This document shows positions 45,321-55,321 of a stretch of 64,000 nt of DNA, one piece after another. The DNA lies in the IMG/VR virus record IMGVR_UViG_3300046170_000391, one strand, 5' to 3'. Numbering within the stretch: position 1 is the first letter of the stretch; each line of letters begins with the position of its first letter. Below the pieces are notes generated by a model. It searched no databases and was not told where the DNA came from. It was given only the letters and a program-made list of their open reading frames with translations. The position numbers and the translations under genes are program-made. This stretch comes from a virus.

Positions 45321-47572
45321 ATGATGTATGTTTTGTGTTCGCAAGTGCGACAGAAAAAGACCCAGAAAAACTAATTAATAAGTATCTTAAAGGTGTAGAC
45401 TATGATGTAAAGTTTCTACACTCAGGTAAGAAAGAAAAAATTCTAAAGAAAGATATCGATCTTGATTTGGAAGAATTGAAAGAGTATAAAATACTTTCTT
45501 TAGTAGGCGCAGACCCTCTTAAGTATGTTGCAGGGATGACGGGTATTCAAAAATATAATGGAGTGTTTATTGAGAAGAAATACTTACCAATTATGAACCC
45601 AAATATGGTTATTTTTAAACCACAACTTGAAGATGATATTGTAAGAGCATTTAATCAGATTCCTAAACTCTTAAGCGGTGAAGGTATTGGAGAACAGGCT
45701 GAAAAAGATTATTGTTTTATCGAAACAGAAGAACAGTTTTTACAATATAAAGAGCAATTATCAGACGCAAACACTCTTGTTGTTGATATCGAAACTACAT
45801 CTGTATCACCACATACAGGGACAATTCTAGGTATAGCTATTTCTACTCGACCCCACCAAGGTTTGTACGTATCTATCGATATAGTAGAAAAACATAAACA
45901 ATGGTTCTTTGATCTTTTTGCTGAACGTAAGTGTATTTTTCATAACTCAAAGTTTGATACTAATTATATGGAAACTGAACTTAATTTTGAATTTCCTGAT
46001 TATGAAGATACTATGTTACTTCATTATTGTTTAGAAGAAGCTGTTGGAACTCACGGTCTCAAACCTTTGGCCCTACGTTTTACTGACTTAGGTGATTATG
46101 AGCGCGAACTCGATGATTATAAAAAGTCATGGGCAAGAAAAAATAAAGTTAAGTTAGAAAACTTTAACTATGGTATGCTACCGAGTGACATTCTCGCACC
46201 TTATGCGTGTAAAGATGCTGACGCTACTTTTCAACTTTATGGTAAGTTTAAACCTTTAGTCGAGAATAGTGAAGAATTTACAAAACTGTACGAAAACATC
46301 TTAAAACCTGCGACACATGCCATGAAGCGCCTTGAAAAGAATGGTGGCCCTATTAACATTGAACAAGTTACTTGGTTAGCAGAACAGTATCAAATTGATG
46401 TTGAAGAATGTTTAGCAGAAATATCTCAACACGAAGCAGTGCAACGATTTGAGCGTGTATATGAAAAAACATTCAATCCAAATTCTACTATGCAACTTCG
46501 TGATCTATTCTTTAACATTCTCAAACTAAAACCATCTAAGAAAACAGACACAGGTGCATATTCTGTAGATAAAGAAGTCTTATCTAATCTAGGACATCCT
46601 CTGTCTGAAGCAATTTTGGAGTTACGAGAAAAATCTAAAATGGCGGGGACTTATATTAATAACATTAGAAAAGGAGTAGATAAAGATGGTAGGCTTCGTT
46701 CTGGCTTTAATATTCATGGTACTACTTCTGGGCGTCTTTCTAGCAGTGGAAACCTTAACTATCAGAATATTCCACGGGATAACAAAGACATCAAAAAATT
46801 GTTCAGAGCACGACCAGGATACAAGATAATTCAATGTGACCTAGGAACTGCCGAGGTTTATTACGCAGCTATGCTCAGTGGCGATCAATTTTTACAGAAA
46901 GCTTTTATTGATAAACTTGACTTTCACTCGTATGTAGCTAAACAAATGTTTAATCTTCCGGTAGAGGTAAATGAAGTAAAAAAACAATATGCAGCACAGA
47001 GACAGTACGCTAAAGCTATTACCTTTGGTATTATGTACCAAGCAGGCCCTGCAAAAATTGCTGAAACTGTGAATAAAGATGCTAAGGCAGGCGAAGAGAT
47101 CACGTCAAATCAATCTAAACAATTTATTCAGAAGTATTTTAATGAGGCAAAGGCTCTTAAACGCTTTATTGATTCTTCTAATAAGCAGATTGAAACTTCT
47201 GCTTACATATACTCTTTCTTTGGCCGCAAGCGTAGACTCCCAGAAGCAAAATCTCCGAACCGTGGGGTAGCCCAGCACGCAATTCGTTCAGGAGTTAATT
47301 TTCTTGTTCAGTCTGTAGCTTCTGATATTAATATTATGGGTGTGATTGACTTGGTGAAGTGGATTGAAGATAATGACTATTTAGAGGTTATCAAACCCTT
47401 TACTGTAGTTCACGATTCAATTGTGTCAGAAGTCAGAGAAGATCTTGTTGATGAATATATTAAAAATGCTAAAGAGTGTATTCAACGAGATAGAGGACTT
47501 TCTATTCCAAATTGTCCTATTAAGGTAGATTTTGAAGTTGGTCCAAGTTGGGGTGAGTTGACAGAGCTATGA
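45317..47572 (+). CDS. polA: DNA polymerase, family A (T5-like)
   Basis: Exonuclease motifs DIETT, HNSKFD, YACKD; polymerase TTSGRLSS, DLGTAE, RQYAKAITFG, VHDS. Confidence 0.95.
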   Translation: MNDVCFVFASATEKDPEKLINKYLKGVDYDVKFLHSGKKEKILKKDIDLDLEELKEYKILSLVGADPLKYVAGMTGIQKYNGVFIEKKYLPIMNPNMVIFKPQLEDDIVRAFNQIPKLLSGEGIGEQAEKDYCFIETEEQFLQYKEQLSDANTLVVDIETTSVSPHTGTILGIAISTRPHQGLYVSIDIVEKHKQWFFDLFAERKCIFHNSKFDTNYMETELNFEFPDYEDTMLLHYCLEEAVGTHGLKPLALRFTDLGDYERELDDYKKSWARKNKVKLENFNYGMLPSDILAPYACKDADATFQLYGKFKPLVENSEEFTKLYENILKPATHAMKRLEKNGGPINIEQVTWLAEQYQIDVEECLAEISQHEAVQRFERVYEKTFNPNSTMQLRDLFFNILKLKPSKKTDTGAYSVDKEVLSNLGHPLSEAILELREKSKMAGTYINNIRKGVDKDGRLRSGFNIHGTTSGRLSSSGNLNYQNIPRDNKDIKKLFRARPGYKIIQCDLGTAEVYYAAMLSGDQFLQKAFIDKLDFHSYVAKQMFNLPVEVNEVKKQYAAQRQYAKAITFGIMYQAGPAKIAETVNKDAKAGEEITSNQSKQFIQKYFNEAKALKRFIDSSNKQIETSAYIYSFFGRKRRLPEAKSPNRGVAQHAIRSGVNFLVQSVASDINIMGVIDLVKWIEDNDYLEVIKPFTVVHDSIVSEVREDLVDEYIKNAKECIQRDRGLSIPNCPIKVDFEVGPSWGELTEL

Positions 47573-47681
47573 GACACTACATCGCTTGGTTTAAAAAGTT
47601 ATATAAACAGTATGGTTTTTGGAGCGCAGTTATGTTCGCTCATTATAACGCTAAACATTATGATATAGATGGAAATTATAA

Positions 47682-48101
47682 ATGAAAGTCGGCTTTACGT
47701 GTTCTACTTTTGATTTACTTCATGCGGGGCATGTACAAATGCTACGTGAAGCAAAAGAGCATTGTGAATATTTGATATGTGGACTACAAATTGATCCGTC
47801 AGTAGATAGATCAGAAAAAAATTCACCTATACAAACAGTAGTTGAACGTTACACACAACTCAATGCAGTAGGTTATGTAGACGAAATCATACCATATAGC
47901 ACAGAAGAAGATCTCAAAGACATACTCAGTATGTACCACATAGATGTACGTATACTAGGTGAAGAGTACAGAGATAAAGAGTTTACAGGAAAAGACATTT
48001 GTCGTAAACGAGATATATCACTTTACTTTAATAAGCGTGAGCATAGATTCAGCTCAAGTGACTTAAGAAGACGAGTTACAGAGCAATGTTCGAGCACATA
48101 A
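47682..48101 (+). CDS. Glycerol-3-phosphate cytidylyltransferase-like (TagD family)
   Basis: TFDLLHAGH, VDEIIPY, RILGEEY, RFSSSDLR. Confidence 0.85.
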   Translation: MKVGFTCSTFDLLHAGHVQMLREAKEHCEYLICGLQIDPSVDRSEKNSPIQTVVERYTQLNAVGYVDEIIPYSTEEDLKDILSMYHIDVRILGEEYRDKEFTGKDICRKRDISLYFNKREHRFSSSDLRRRVTEQCSST

Positions 48102-48574
48102 AGTTTCCTTTTTTTGGGTTAAAGAAAAAACCTTACTCAGTTGAGTTTACGCTGGATAAGATTTTTGTTATCAGAACAGAAGGAAGCCACAAAGAAACTG
48201 TTGATGATAAAAATTTAGAAGGAGATTACTTTGCAAGACTTTCACAAATAGAACTTAGGTTAAATTTTGATTGTACTTGTAAAAACATACAACAACTAGT
48301 ATATGAAAGGCCTAAATGGGGAATGGATGCATGGGCTAAATCTCATGACATGTCAGAATCTTTATTTTGTAAGGCGATTAAAAGGAAGATTGTCAAGACA
48401 CATGACAATCTTGTTTGGTTTAAGTCTATATCTTACCCTTTTAGTATACCAACAGATCAAAAATTAGATCTTGACGAAGAAATGTATGGTATTCTCATCA
48501 GTATCAATAACGAATGGTTCATAAAAGAATTTACTCTTGATGAGGAACAAATTAATAGAAAAATAAGGATATAA
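48086..48574 (+). CDS. Conserved T5-like hypothetical protein
   Basis: FPFFGL..VDDKNLEGDYFARL; position downstream of the polymerase. Confidence 0.5.
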   Translation: MFEHIKFPFFGLKKKPYSVEFTLDKIFVIRTEGSHKETVDDKNLEGDYFARLSQIELRLNFDCTCKNIQQLVYERPKWGMDAWAKSHDMSESLFCKAIKRKIVKTHDNLVWFKSISYPFSIPTDQKLDLDEEMYGILISINNEWFIKEFTLDEEQINRKIRI

Positions 48575-48576
48575 AA

Positions 48577-49014
48577 ATGAAATATTTAGAAAAAACACTA
48601 CACGCACTTATTTTAAGTACTTCAATAGGATTTTGCTCTTCAATAGCTTTTGCAGACCCTATTAACGGTGATGTTACAGATCACTATAAGACCGTAATTA
48701 ATAAAACTCCCTACAATGTAGAGGTTTGTGAAAACGTATCAGTATCAGGAGATAAAACTGGTGATACTTTGATGGGGGCAATTATTGGTGGTGCTATTGG
48801 TAATAACGTTACAAAAAATGTTGATAATGGAGGAGCCGTTGGTGCTTTACTGGGAGGAATGTTAGCACATCAAAACTCGGATGCTACAGCAGGAACAAAA
48901 CGAGTTTGTAAAATGGAAACCAGATATAATGAATCATCTACACAAGTTTATTCTCACTCTGTCATCACTTTCTTTTCTAATGGTAAACAATATAGTTTGA
49001 GATTTAATAAGTGA
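48577..49014 (+). CDS. Glycine-zipper 2TM periplasmic/outer-membrane protein
   Basis: Signal peptide; GAIIGGAIGN..GAVGALLGG. Confidence 0.75.
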   Translation: MKYLEKTLHALILSTSIGFCSSIAFADPINGDVTDHYKTVINKTPYNVEVCENVSVSGDKTGDTLMGAIIGGAIGNNVTKNVDNGGAVGALLGGMLAHQNSDATAGTKRVCKMETRYNESSTQVYSHSVITFFSNGKQYSLRFNK

Positions 49015-49157
49015 AAACTTGTACTAAATGTAGTAGAGAAATAATTACTGAACTACCAGAGATTGTCTGGAGAGCTTCTTGTGCTGGTTGTAATGAACGA
49101 ATAGTTATACTGCCAAACAATGACTGTAGGCAGTATAAATATGAGGAACAAGAATGA
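49011..49157 (+). CDS. Small Zn-ribbon protein (48 aa)
   Basis: GTG start; CTKC...CAGC; 4-nt overlaps with both neighbours. Confidence 0.45.
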   Translation: MKTCTKCSREIITELPEIVWRASCAGCNERIVILPNNDCRQYKYEEQE

Positions 49158-49588
49158 AAATTTTAATATTTGGATTACCAGGCTCAGGTAAAACTACTTT
49201 AGCTAAACCTTTTGCAGAACTACTTGGGGCAGTTCACTTAAACGGTGATGATATAAGAAAAAAGTATAATGACGAAGATTTTAGTATAAAAGGTAGGCTA
49301 AGACAAAGTTTGCGAATGAGGCATTTAGCGGATGGTGTAGTTTTAGCAGGTAGAATTGTTGTGGCAGACTTTATATGTCCCACGCAATTGACAAGAGATT
49401 GGTTTGAGGCAGACTACACAATATGGATGGATACAATTGATAAAGGGCGCTACAACGACACGAATATCATATTCCAAAAACCAGAGGCAGTTAATTATCA
49501 TGTTGCTGAATGGTTTAATGATACTCATGCTCAACTAGCTGATGTCGTTAATAATTATATGCGCAAAAAGAAAGAGGAGAAGCTATGA
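49154..49588 (+). CDS. Adenylylsulfate (APS) kinase-like P-loop kinase
   Basis: GLPGSGKTT, LNGDDIR, DFSIKGR, DFICP. Confidence 0.75.
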   Translation: MKILIFGLPGSGKTTLAKPFAELLGAVHLNGDDIRKKYNDEDFSIKGRLRQSLRMRHLADGVVLAGRIVVADFICPTQLTRDWFEADYTIWMDTIDKGRYNDTNIIFQKPEAVNYHVAEWFNDTHAQLADVVNNYMRKKKEEKL

Positions 49589-50646
49589 TTAAAAGACTAC
49601 TCGCTGCAGGTGCATTAGCACTATCTGTAGTAACAACAGCCTACGCAGAACCAGTAAAAGTGGGTTTTGTATATGTCGGACCAATTGGGGACCATGGTTG
49701 GACGTATAGACATGACATTGGTCGTCAACAAGTAGAAGAAGCACACGGAGACAAAGTGGAAACATTTTATGCTGAAAGCGTATCATATGGTCCTGATGCA
49801 GAACGTGTGATCCGGCAGATGGCAAAAGAAGGTGCTGACATCATCTTTGCTACAAGTTTTGGTTATATGGAACCAATGCTAAAAGTTGCAAAAGACTTTC
49901 CAGATGTAAAGTTTGAACATGCAACAGGTTACAAACGTGCAGACAACATGAGCACATACGGCTTGCGCCTATACCAAGCACGTCATGTGCAAGGTGTTAT
50001 TGCAGGACTAATGACAAAGACAAACAAGATTTGTTATGTTGGTGCTTATCCTATTCCAGAAGTTATCCGTGAAATCAACACTTACTACATGGGCGCAAAG
50101 AGCGTAAATCCAAAAGTAGACATCGATGTCATTTGGGTTAACACTTGGTATGATCCTAGTAAAGAAGCAGATGCTGCAAACGTGATGATGGCTGAAGGTT
50201 GTGACATGATGGCACAACATACTGATTCACCTGCACCGCTACAGGCTGCTGAACTAAAAGGCAAGTTGGGTTTTGGTCAAGCAAGTGATCAGATCAAGTT
50301 TGCTCCTAAAGCACAACTCACAGCAACCATTGACAATTGGGGTCCTTACTACATTAAGAAAGTAGGACAAGTTATTGATGGCGACTGGCAAGTTGAAGAC
50401 TATTTTGGTCATATGAATGAAGATGCTGTGCAAATGGCGCCTTTCACAAATATGCCAGCAGATGTAGAAGCAAAAGCACAAGCAATTAAAGATGCTATTT
50501 CTAATGGCGAGTACTTTGCATTTACAGGTCCAATTAGAGACAACACTGGTAAACTGCAACTTGCAGACGGCGTTGTTGCTGATGATGCACACCTCAACAG
50601 CATGATGTATTATGTTGAAGGTATTGATGCGACGGTGCCTAAGTAA
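49585..50646 (+). CDS. BMP/PnrA-family purine nucleoside ABC substrate-binding protein
   Basis: Signal peptide; KVGFVYVGPIGDHGWTYRH, FATSFGY, PIPEV, WYDP, QHTDS. Confidence 0.9.
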   Translation: MIKRLLAAGALALSVVTTAYAEPVKVGFVYVGPIGDHGWTYRHDIGRQQVEEAHGDKVETFYAESVSYGPDAERVIRQMAKEGADIIFATSFGYMEPMLKVAKDFPDVKFEHATGYKRADNMSTYGLRLYQARHVQGVIAGLMTKTNKICYVGAYPIPEVIREINTYYMGAKSVNPKVDIDVIWVNTWYDPSKEADAANVMMAEGCDMMAQHTDSPAPLQAAELKGKLGFGQASDQIKFAPKAQLTATIDNWGPYYIKKVGQVIDGDWQVEDYFGHMNEDAVQMAPFTNMPADVEAKAQAIKDAISNGEYFAFTGPIRDNTGKLQLADGVVADDAHLNSMMYYVEGIDATVPK

Positions 50647-51506
50647 TGATTCCAGTAATTGATTTCAAAAGTGAATCAGTATTGGACGAGATTCGCGAGG
50701 CCTACACAACTGTAGGCTTCGCAGTCTTCACCAATGCACTTAATAAACAAGATCAAACAGATATGACTGTTTGGTGGAAACTAATGCAGGACTTTTTTGA
50801 TATTGACGCTGAAACAAAACAAAAATACAAATATCAAAAAGAAAATAATTTAGGGTACAGCATGGTTGGGGACGAAAATGTAGATCCAACTGCTCCCAAA
50901 GATATCAAAGAAAGTTTTAATTATAATAATAGTAGAATGCCTGAGGAACTGTGGCCTACTGGTATAAACGGATTTAAAGCAACTGCTCTGCAATCAATAG
51001 ATATTGCAGACAAACTAACATTAAAGATATTAGAAAAGTTTGATACAATACTAAACTGCGGCACCACACTAGTAGACGCGCACCTAAAACCTTACAATAC
51101 AACTAGGGTTATTCACTATCCTGCATCAACAGGCAAGTTAGAAGACAGACAGCTAAGGATAGGAGAACACAGTGATTATGGTACTATTACATTACTGTGG
51201 CAGATTAATGATGTTCCTGGACTTCAAGTTCAAGATCTCAAAGAAGAGTGGCACTCGGTTCCGTATGCAGATGATGGAGTAGTAGTGAATATTGGAGATT
51301 TACTACAAAGATGGACTAATGATTACTTTGTATCAACTAAACACAGAGTAGTAAATAGTCACATCCATCTTCCAAGATATTCTATGCCTCACTTTGTAGA
51401 TCCAACCCCAGGAACTATAGTTAAGAACTTAACAGATCAAGAAAATAAATATGAACCTATTGAAAGTTTAGAGTATCTAAACTGGAGATTATCACAGAGT
51501 TACTAA
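50646..51506 (+). CDS. 2OG-Fe(II) oxygenase, isopenicillin-N-synthase/DIOX family
   Basis: IPVIDF, RVIHYP, GEHSDYGTITLL, NIGDLLQRWTND..STKHRV, RYSMPHF. Confidence 0.92.
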   Translation: MIPVIDFKSESVLDEIREAYTTVGFAVFTNALNKQDQTDMTVWWKLMQDFFDIDAETKQKYKYQKENNLGYSMVGDENVDPTAPKDIKESFNYNNSRMPEELWPTGINGFKATALQSIDIADKLTLKILEKFDTILNCGTTLVDAHLKPYNTTRVIHYPASTGKLEDRQLRIGEHSDYGTITLLWQINDVPGLQVQDLKEEWHSVPYADDGVVVNIGDLLQRWTNDYFVSTKHRVVNSHIHLPRYSMPHFVDPTPGTIVKNLTDQENKYEPIESLEYLNWRLSQSY

Positions 51507-52030
51507 TGTTTAAAAAATACATCAAAAGTTATAAAGATTTCCCAGTAAACGGTATAGATTTTAAATGTACAGCCAGTCTATGTGCCTCTAAAGGTTTCAA
51601 CCCAGCTAATGAGTATCTTTATAGTGTAATTAAAGCTAGAAGTTTTGATAAAATTGTAGGAGTTGACGCAAGAGGCTTTATTTTTGCCTCTATCTTAGCC
51701 TATAGAACAGAAAAACCTTTAATTTTAGCTAGAAAAGCAGGAAAATTACCAGGAAAAACAGTATCAAAATCTTACTCTCTTGAATATGGAGAAGCTTGTA
51801 TAGAAATCAAAGAAGAAGATATTAAAAAAGGTGAAAAAATTATAATAGTTGATGACTTAATGGCAACAGGAGGTACAGTTGAAACAATCATAGATATGAT
51901 TGAAGAAAAAGAGGCTATTGTAGATTCTGTGATCTGTGTAATGGATCTTAAATTTCTTGGCGGCTCTGATAGAATCAGAACTAGAAAGATAAATTTTTTT
52001 CATGGGATATTATATAATGGATTGGACTAA
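51506..52030 (+). CDS. apt: Adenine phosphoribosyltransferase
   Basis: DFP..GI, DARGFIFA, ARKAGKLPG, YSLEYG, VDDLMATGGT. Confidence 0.9.
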   Translation: MFKKYIKSYKDFPVNGIDFKCTASLCASKGFNPANEYLYSVIKARSFDKIVGVDARGFIFASILAYRTEKPLILARKAGKLPGKTVSKSYSLEYGEACIEIKEEDIKKGEKIIIVDDLMATGGTVETIIDMIEEKEAIVDSVICVMDLKFLGGSDRIRTRKINFFHGILYNGLD

Positions 52031-52370
52031 GCCAACAGTACAATTATTAGGGAGATGGCAACCTTGGCATGAAGGGCATACAGAGTTATTCAAACGTGCT
52101 CACGCAAAAACAGGGCAAGTTGTTATAATGGTTAGGGAGAGTGATAAAAATGAAAATAACCCTCATTCTTATGCTTTAAGAGAGCTATTTATTAAACAAG
52201 CACTACAAAGAGAAGGTTACTATATTCGTAAAGATTTTATTGTGATGCCTGTTCCTAACATTATAAACATTACTTATGGACGAGATGTGGGGTATAGTAT
52301 AGAACAAGAAGTCTTAGACGAAAATATAGAAGCTATAAGTGCTACAGAGATTAGAAATGCAAATAAGTAA
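52002..52370 (+). CDS. HxGH nucleotidyltransferase (cytidylyltransferase-like)
   Basis: LGRWQPWHEGH, YGRDVGY, ISATEIR. Confidence 0.75.
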   Translation: MGYYIMDWTKPTVQLLGRWQPWHEGHTELFKRAHAKTGQVVIMVRESDKNENNPHSYALRELFIKQALQREGYYIRKDFIVMPVPNIINITYGRDVGYSIEQEVLDENIEAISATEIRNANK

Positions 52371-52680
52371 ACTAAAAGACGCAGGTAAAAATGGATGGTA
52401 TATCGGCGACTTTGACTCTGCTATAGTAAAGTCTACCGACGTAGAGGTATGTTATAACACAATAAAAAGAGGGTATACTGACCCGCATTATCATACAAAG
52501 TGTGATGAAATTCTCTTAGTTACAAAAGGTAAGGCTATAATAAATAATACAAAAGTTAAAAAGGGTGATATAATAGTTATTAGTCAGGGCGAGGTGAATG
52601 ATATCGCTGCTATAACAAAAAAATTCACTGCTGTAGGGGTGAAAATTCCTGCAGGAGGAAACGATAAGGTTAGAATATGA
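52339..52680 (+). CDS. Cupin-domain protein
   Basis: GWYIGDF, HYH..E, VKIP..NDK. Confidence 0.65.
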   Translation: MLQRLEMQISKLKDAGKNGWYIGDFDSAIVKSTDVEVCYNTIKRGYTDPHYHTKCDEILLVTKGKAIINNTKVKKGDIIVISQGEVNDIAAITKKFTAVGVKIPAGGNDKVRI

Positions 52681-52922
52681 AAATAAGATACTATAAAAAG
52701 ATTGATGGTTGGCGTTGGATTGGCTTTTTGCTTGCTATGTTAGGAGCGTTTACTTTATCAAATGCAAACGTAGAAACTCAATGGATTGGTTGGTCATTGG
52801 GGCTTGCAAGCGGCTCTATATGGATTTATATGGGGTATAAAGATGGTGACCTTCCTAGAACTTTGATGGAAGTGATGTGGTTTGCAATCGGTATTAGGGC
52901 AGTTTGGAATTGGCTACAGTGA
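52677..52922 (+). CDS. Small three-TM membrane protein
   Basis: Hydrophobic, Trp-rich. Confidence 0.55.
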   Translation: MKIRYYKKIDGWRWIGFLLAMLGAFTLSNANVETQWIGWSLGLASGSIWIYMGYKDGDLPRTLMEVMWFAIGIRAVWNWLQ

Positions 52923-54205
52923 AAAAAGCAAAAGTAAAAAAGATTACATTAGCTGAAAAAATATATATCGCTAAAGAAGATGTAGAAGATGTTGACCATC
53001 TTTTAGGTTTATATACTTATGATAACGGAGATGAGTTTTTATCTACCATAACAGAAGATGAATATCACTATATAGTACCCTCTAATTCTTATCATAAACT
53101 TGAATGGGATGAGATAGAGGATAATCGTAATTTTGAACAAACCGATGCTGATCTTACTTTTACAGGTACACTACGCTGGGAACAACAAGAGGTAGTCGAT
53201 AAGTTTTTTAGTAGAGGTAGAGCTAGATCAGGCATTTTACAAGCTCCTTGTGGTTGGGGTAAGACTTTTACTGGTTGTGAAATAATATCCAGTAATAAGA
53301 CTAAAACATTGGTATTAGTCCATACTAAACTTTTATTTAGACAATGGATTGAAGAGCTTGAAAGACAAATTCCAACAGTAAAGATAGGCCGTATCGGAGA
53401 TGGATTATTCGATATTCAAGATATTACAGTAGGTATCTATAAATCTGTATATAATCGAAGAGATGAGTTGGAAAACTCATTCTCAATGATCTTAGTTGAT
53501 GAAGCACATCTTTGCCCTGCTGAGATGTTTTCTACAGCGTTAAATTCTTTAAACGCTAAAATTAAAATTGGTATTAGCGCAACACCTAGAAGAAAAGATG
53601 GAAAACATGTATTTCTGTCCGATTATTTTTCGCCGTTTATAGTTGAAGCACGTGATCCAAGACAGTTACAAGACCCCGTAGTTCAAGTTAAACGCACAGA
53701 CTTCCGATTCCCTGTTATAGATCCAAAACGAGATTGGTCGCGCCAGCTGAACAAACTTTGCGCTAACAAAGATTACTTGAAAGCTATCGCTAATTTTGCC
53801 AAAAGTCAGATAGCCACGGGTCGTTGTCCTTTGATACTTGGGGAGCGTGTACAGATGTTAAAAGATTTACAGGAACTGATTCCTGAAAGTGTATGTTTAA
53901 TAGGAGAATCTGATGAATCAACTAGAAGTGATGTTCTTCAAAATGTTGGAGGTAAATACAAATGTGTACTCTCAACAAAGCTCTTTGATGAGGGTATTTC
54001 GTGTCATAGGCTTGATACTTTGTATCTTACTTGTCCTAGTAATAATCCTATAAAATTAGAACAAAGAGTAGGAAGAATTATACGTGAACACCCAGAGAAA
54101 CAAGTTCCTATGATTGTAGATTTTTGGTTATCAGGAGGTATTGTAGCTCGTCAACAAACAAAAAGACTTGAATGGTATAAACAGCGTGGATATTATATAC
54201 TTTAA
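52904..54205 (+). CDS. Superfamily 2 helicase (T5 D10-like)
   Basis: APCGWGKT, DEAH, SAT, EGIS, QRVGRIIR. Confidence 0.92.
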   Translation: MELATVKKAKVKKITLAEKIYIAKEDVEDVDHLLGLYTYDNGDEFLSTITEDEYHYIVPSNSYHKLEWDEIEDNRNFEQTDADLTFTGTLRWEQQEVVDKFFSRGRARSGILQAPCGWGKTFTGCEIISSNKTKTLVLVHTKLLFRQWIEELERQIPTVKIGRIGDGLFDIQDITVGIYKSVYNRRDELENSFSMILVDEAHLCPAEMFSTALNSLNAKIKIGISATPRRKDGKHVFLSDYFSPFIVEARDPRQLQDPVVQVKRTDFRFPVIDPKRDWSRQLNKLCANKDYLKAIANFAKSQIATGRCPLILGERVQMLKDLQELIPESVCLIGESDESTRSDVLQNVGGKYKCVLSTKLFDEGISCHRLDTLYLTCPSNNPIKLEQRVGRIIREHPEKQVPMIVDFWLSGGIVARQQTKRLEWYKQRGYYIL

Positions 54206-54635
54206 TTGGTACGAATTATTATCAAAGGCAAGAAAAGATCAGACAGCAATATTAATCTTGGCATTTGCGCAAACTAAATTGTATAATGCAAGAACAACTA
54301 AAGGATTAATGGGTGCATTAAAAATAAATCATATACCAATACACTTATTCACCACAGGTCTTTTAGAGCAGAAAAAAGAAAAACTTGTTTGTAATTATCA
54401 AACAGAAGAACCGATGAGTTATTTTAAGAACCCTTGGTTTTTGACACAAAATGTTTCTATAATACAAAAGACAGAATATCTTCAACTTTTATCTATGAGA
54501 AGAATCAGTGAAGAACAAGATTACATCGCTAAAAATTATATCAGAAAAGATATAAAAAATCACTTTATCTCTATTAAAGGAGATAAGATCTATTATACAC
54601 AAGAGTCCTCGGTTTCGAGGAAATCCTACACATAA
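54168..54635 (+). CDS. Hypothetical protein (T5-like position between D10 and D11)
   Basis: ORF track; synteny. Confidence 0.5.
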   Translation: MNGINSVDIIYFNWYELLSKARKDQTAILILAFAQTKLYNARTTKGLMGALKINHIPIHLFTTGLLEQKKEKLVCNYQTEEPMSYFKNPWFLTQNVSIIQKTEYLQLLSMRRISEEQDYIAKNYIRKDIKNHFISIKGDKIYYTQESSVSRKSYT

Positions 54636-54664
54636 GTTCTAACGAACAACAAAGGAGAAACAAC

Positions 54665-55321
54665 ATGGTCGCATGGGATAAAGCTAAAGGAAAGCAAACC
54701 TCAAGCAACGAACGTCGTGAAATTCAACGACTCTCACTCGGTATCGGAGATACCAAAGTACGTCTTCTTGGAGACGTAATGCCTCGCTACTGTTATTGGG
54801 TAGTAACAAAAGAAGGAAAGAAGATGCCTGTTGAGTGTCTTCAATTTTCTCGTGAAAACGAAACTTTTGATAATTCTGCTCAAGACCCTTTCAAAGAAAT
54901 TGATGAGGCTATCTATTCAGATAAACCACAATTCTCATATGTTTGCAACGTGATTGATCGTTCAGACGGACAAATTAAACTGTTCGATCTTCGCTCAACT
55001 ATATATTCTCAGATTGTAGATTATGCTACTAATCCTGATTATGGAAATCCAGCAGATAGCGAAGGTGGTTATGATATTACCATTAAAAAAGAAAAGACAG
55101 GACCTCTTCCACAAAATGTGAAATACTCCTGTCTGCCTGCTCGTAATAACTCTGCTCTTACAGATGCAGAAAAAGCTCTTGAGCTTTATGAATTATCAAA
55201 AATTTATAAACGTCAAACATATGATGAGCAAAAAGAGTGGTTGTTAAATAACACCTCTTATTTCGCAGGTGATGTATCTGACGAATTTAAACCAGCAGAA
55301 GATGTGGATGACCTAGCTTAA
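54665..55321 (+). CDS. T5 D11-like / ssDNA-binding protein
   Basis: VRLLGDVMPRYCYW, GNP..GYDITIKKEKTGP..NVKY, acidic tail; AAGGAG RBS. Confidence 0.8.
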   Translation: MVAWDKAKGKQTSSNERREIQRLSLGIGDTKVRLLGDVMPRYCYWVVTKEGKKMPVECLQFSRENETFDNSAQDPFKEIDEAIYSDKPQFSYVCNVIDRSDGQIKLFDLRSTIYSQIVDYATNPDYGNPADSEGGYDITIKKEKTGPLPQNVKYSCLPARNNSALTDAEKALELYELSKIYKRQTYDEQKEWLLNNTSYFAGDVSDEFKPAEDVDDLA

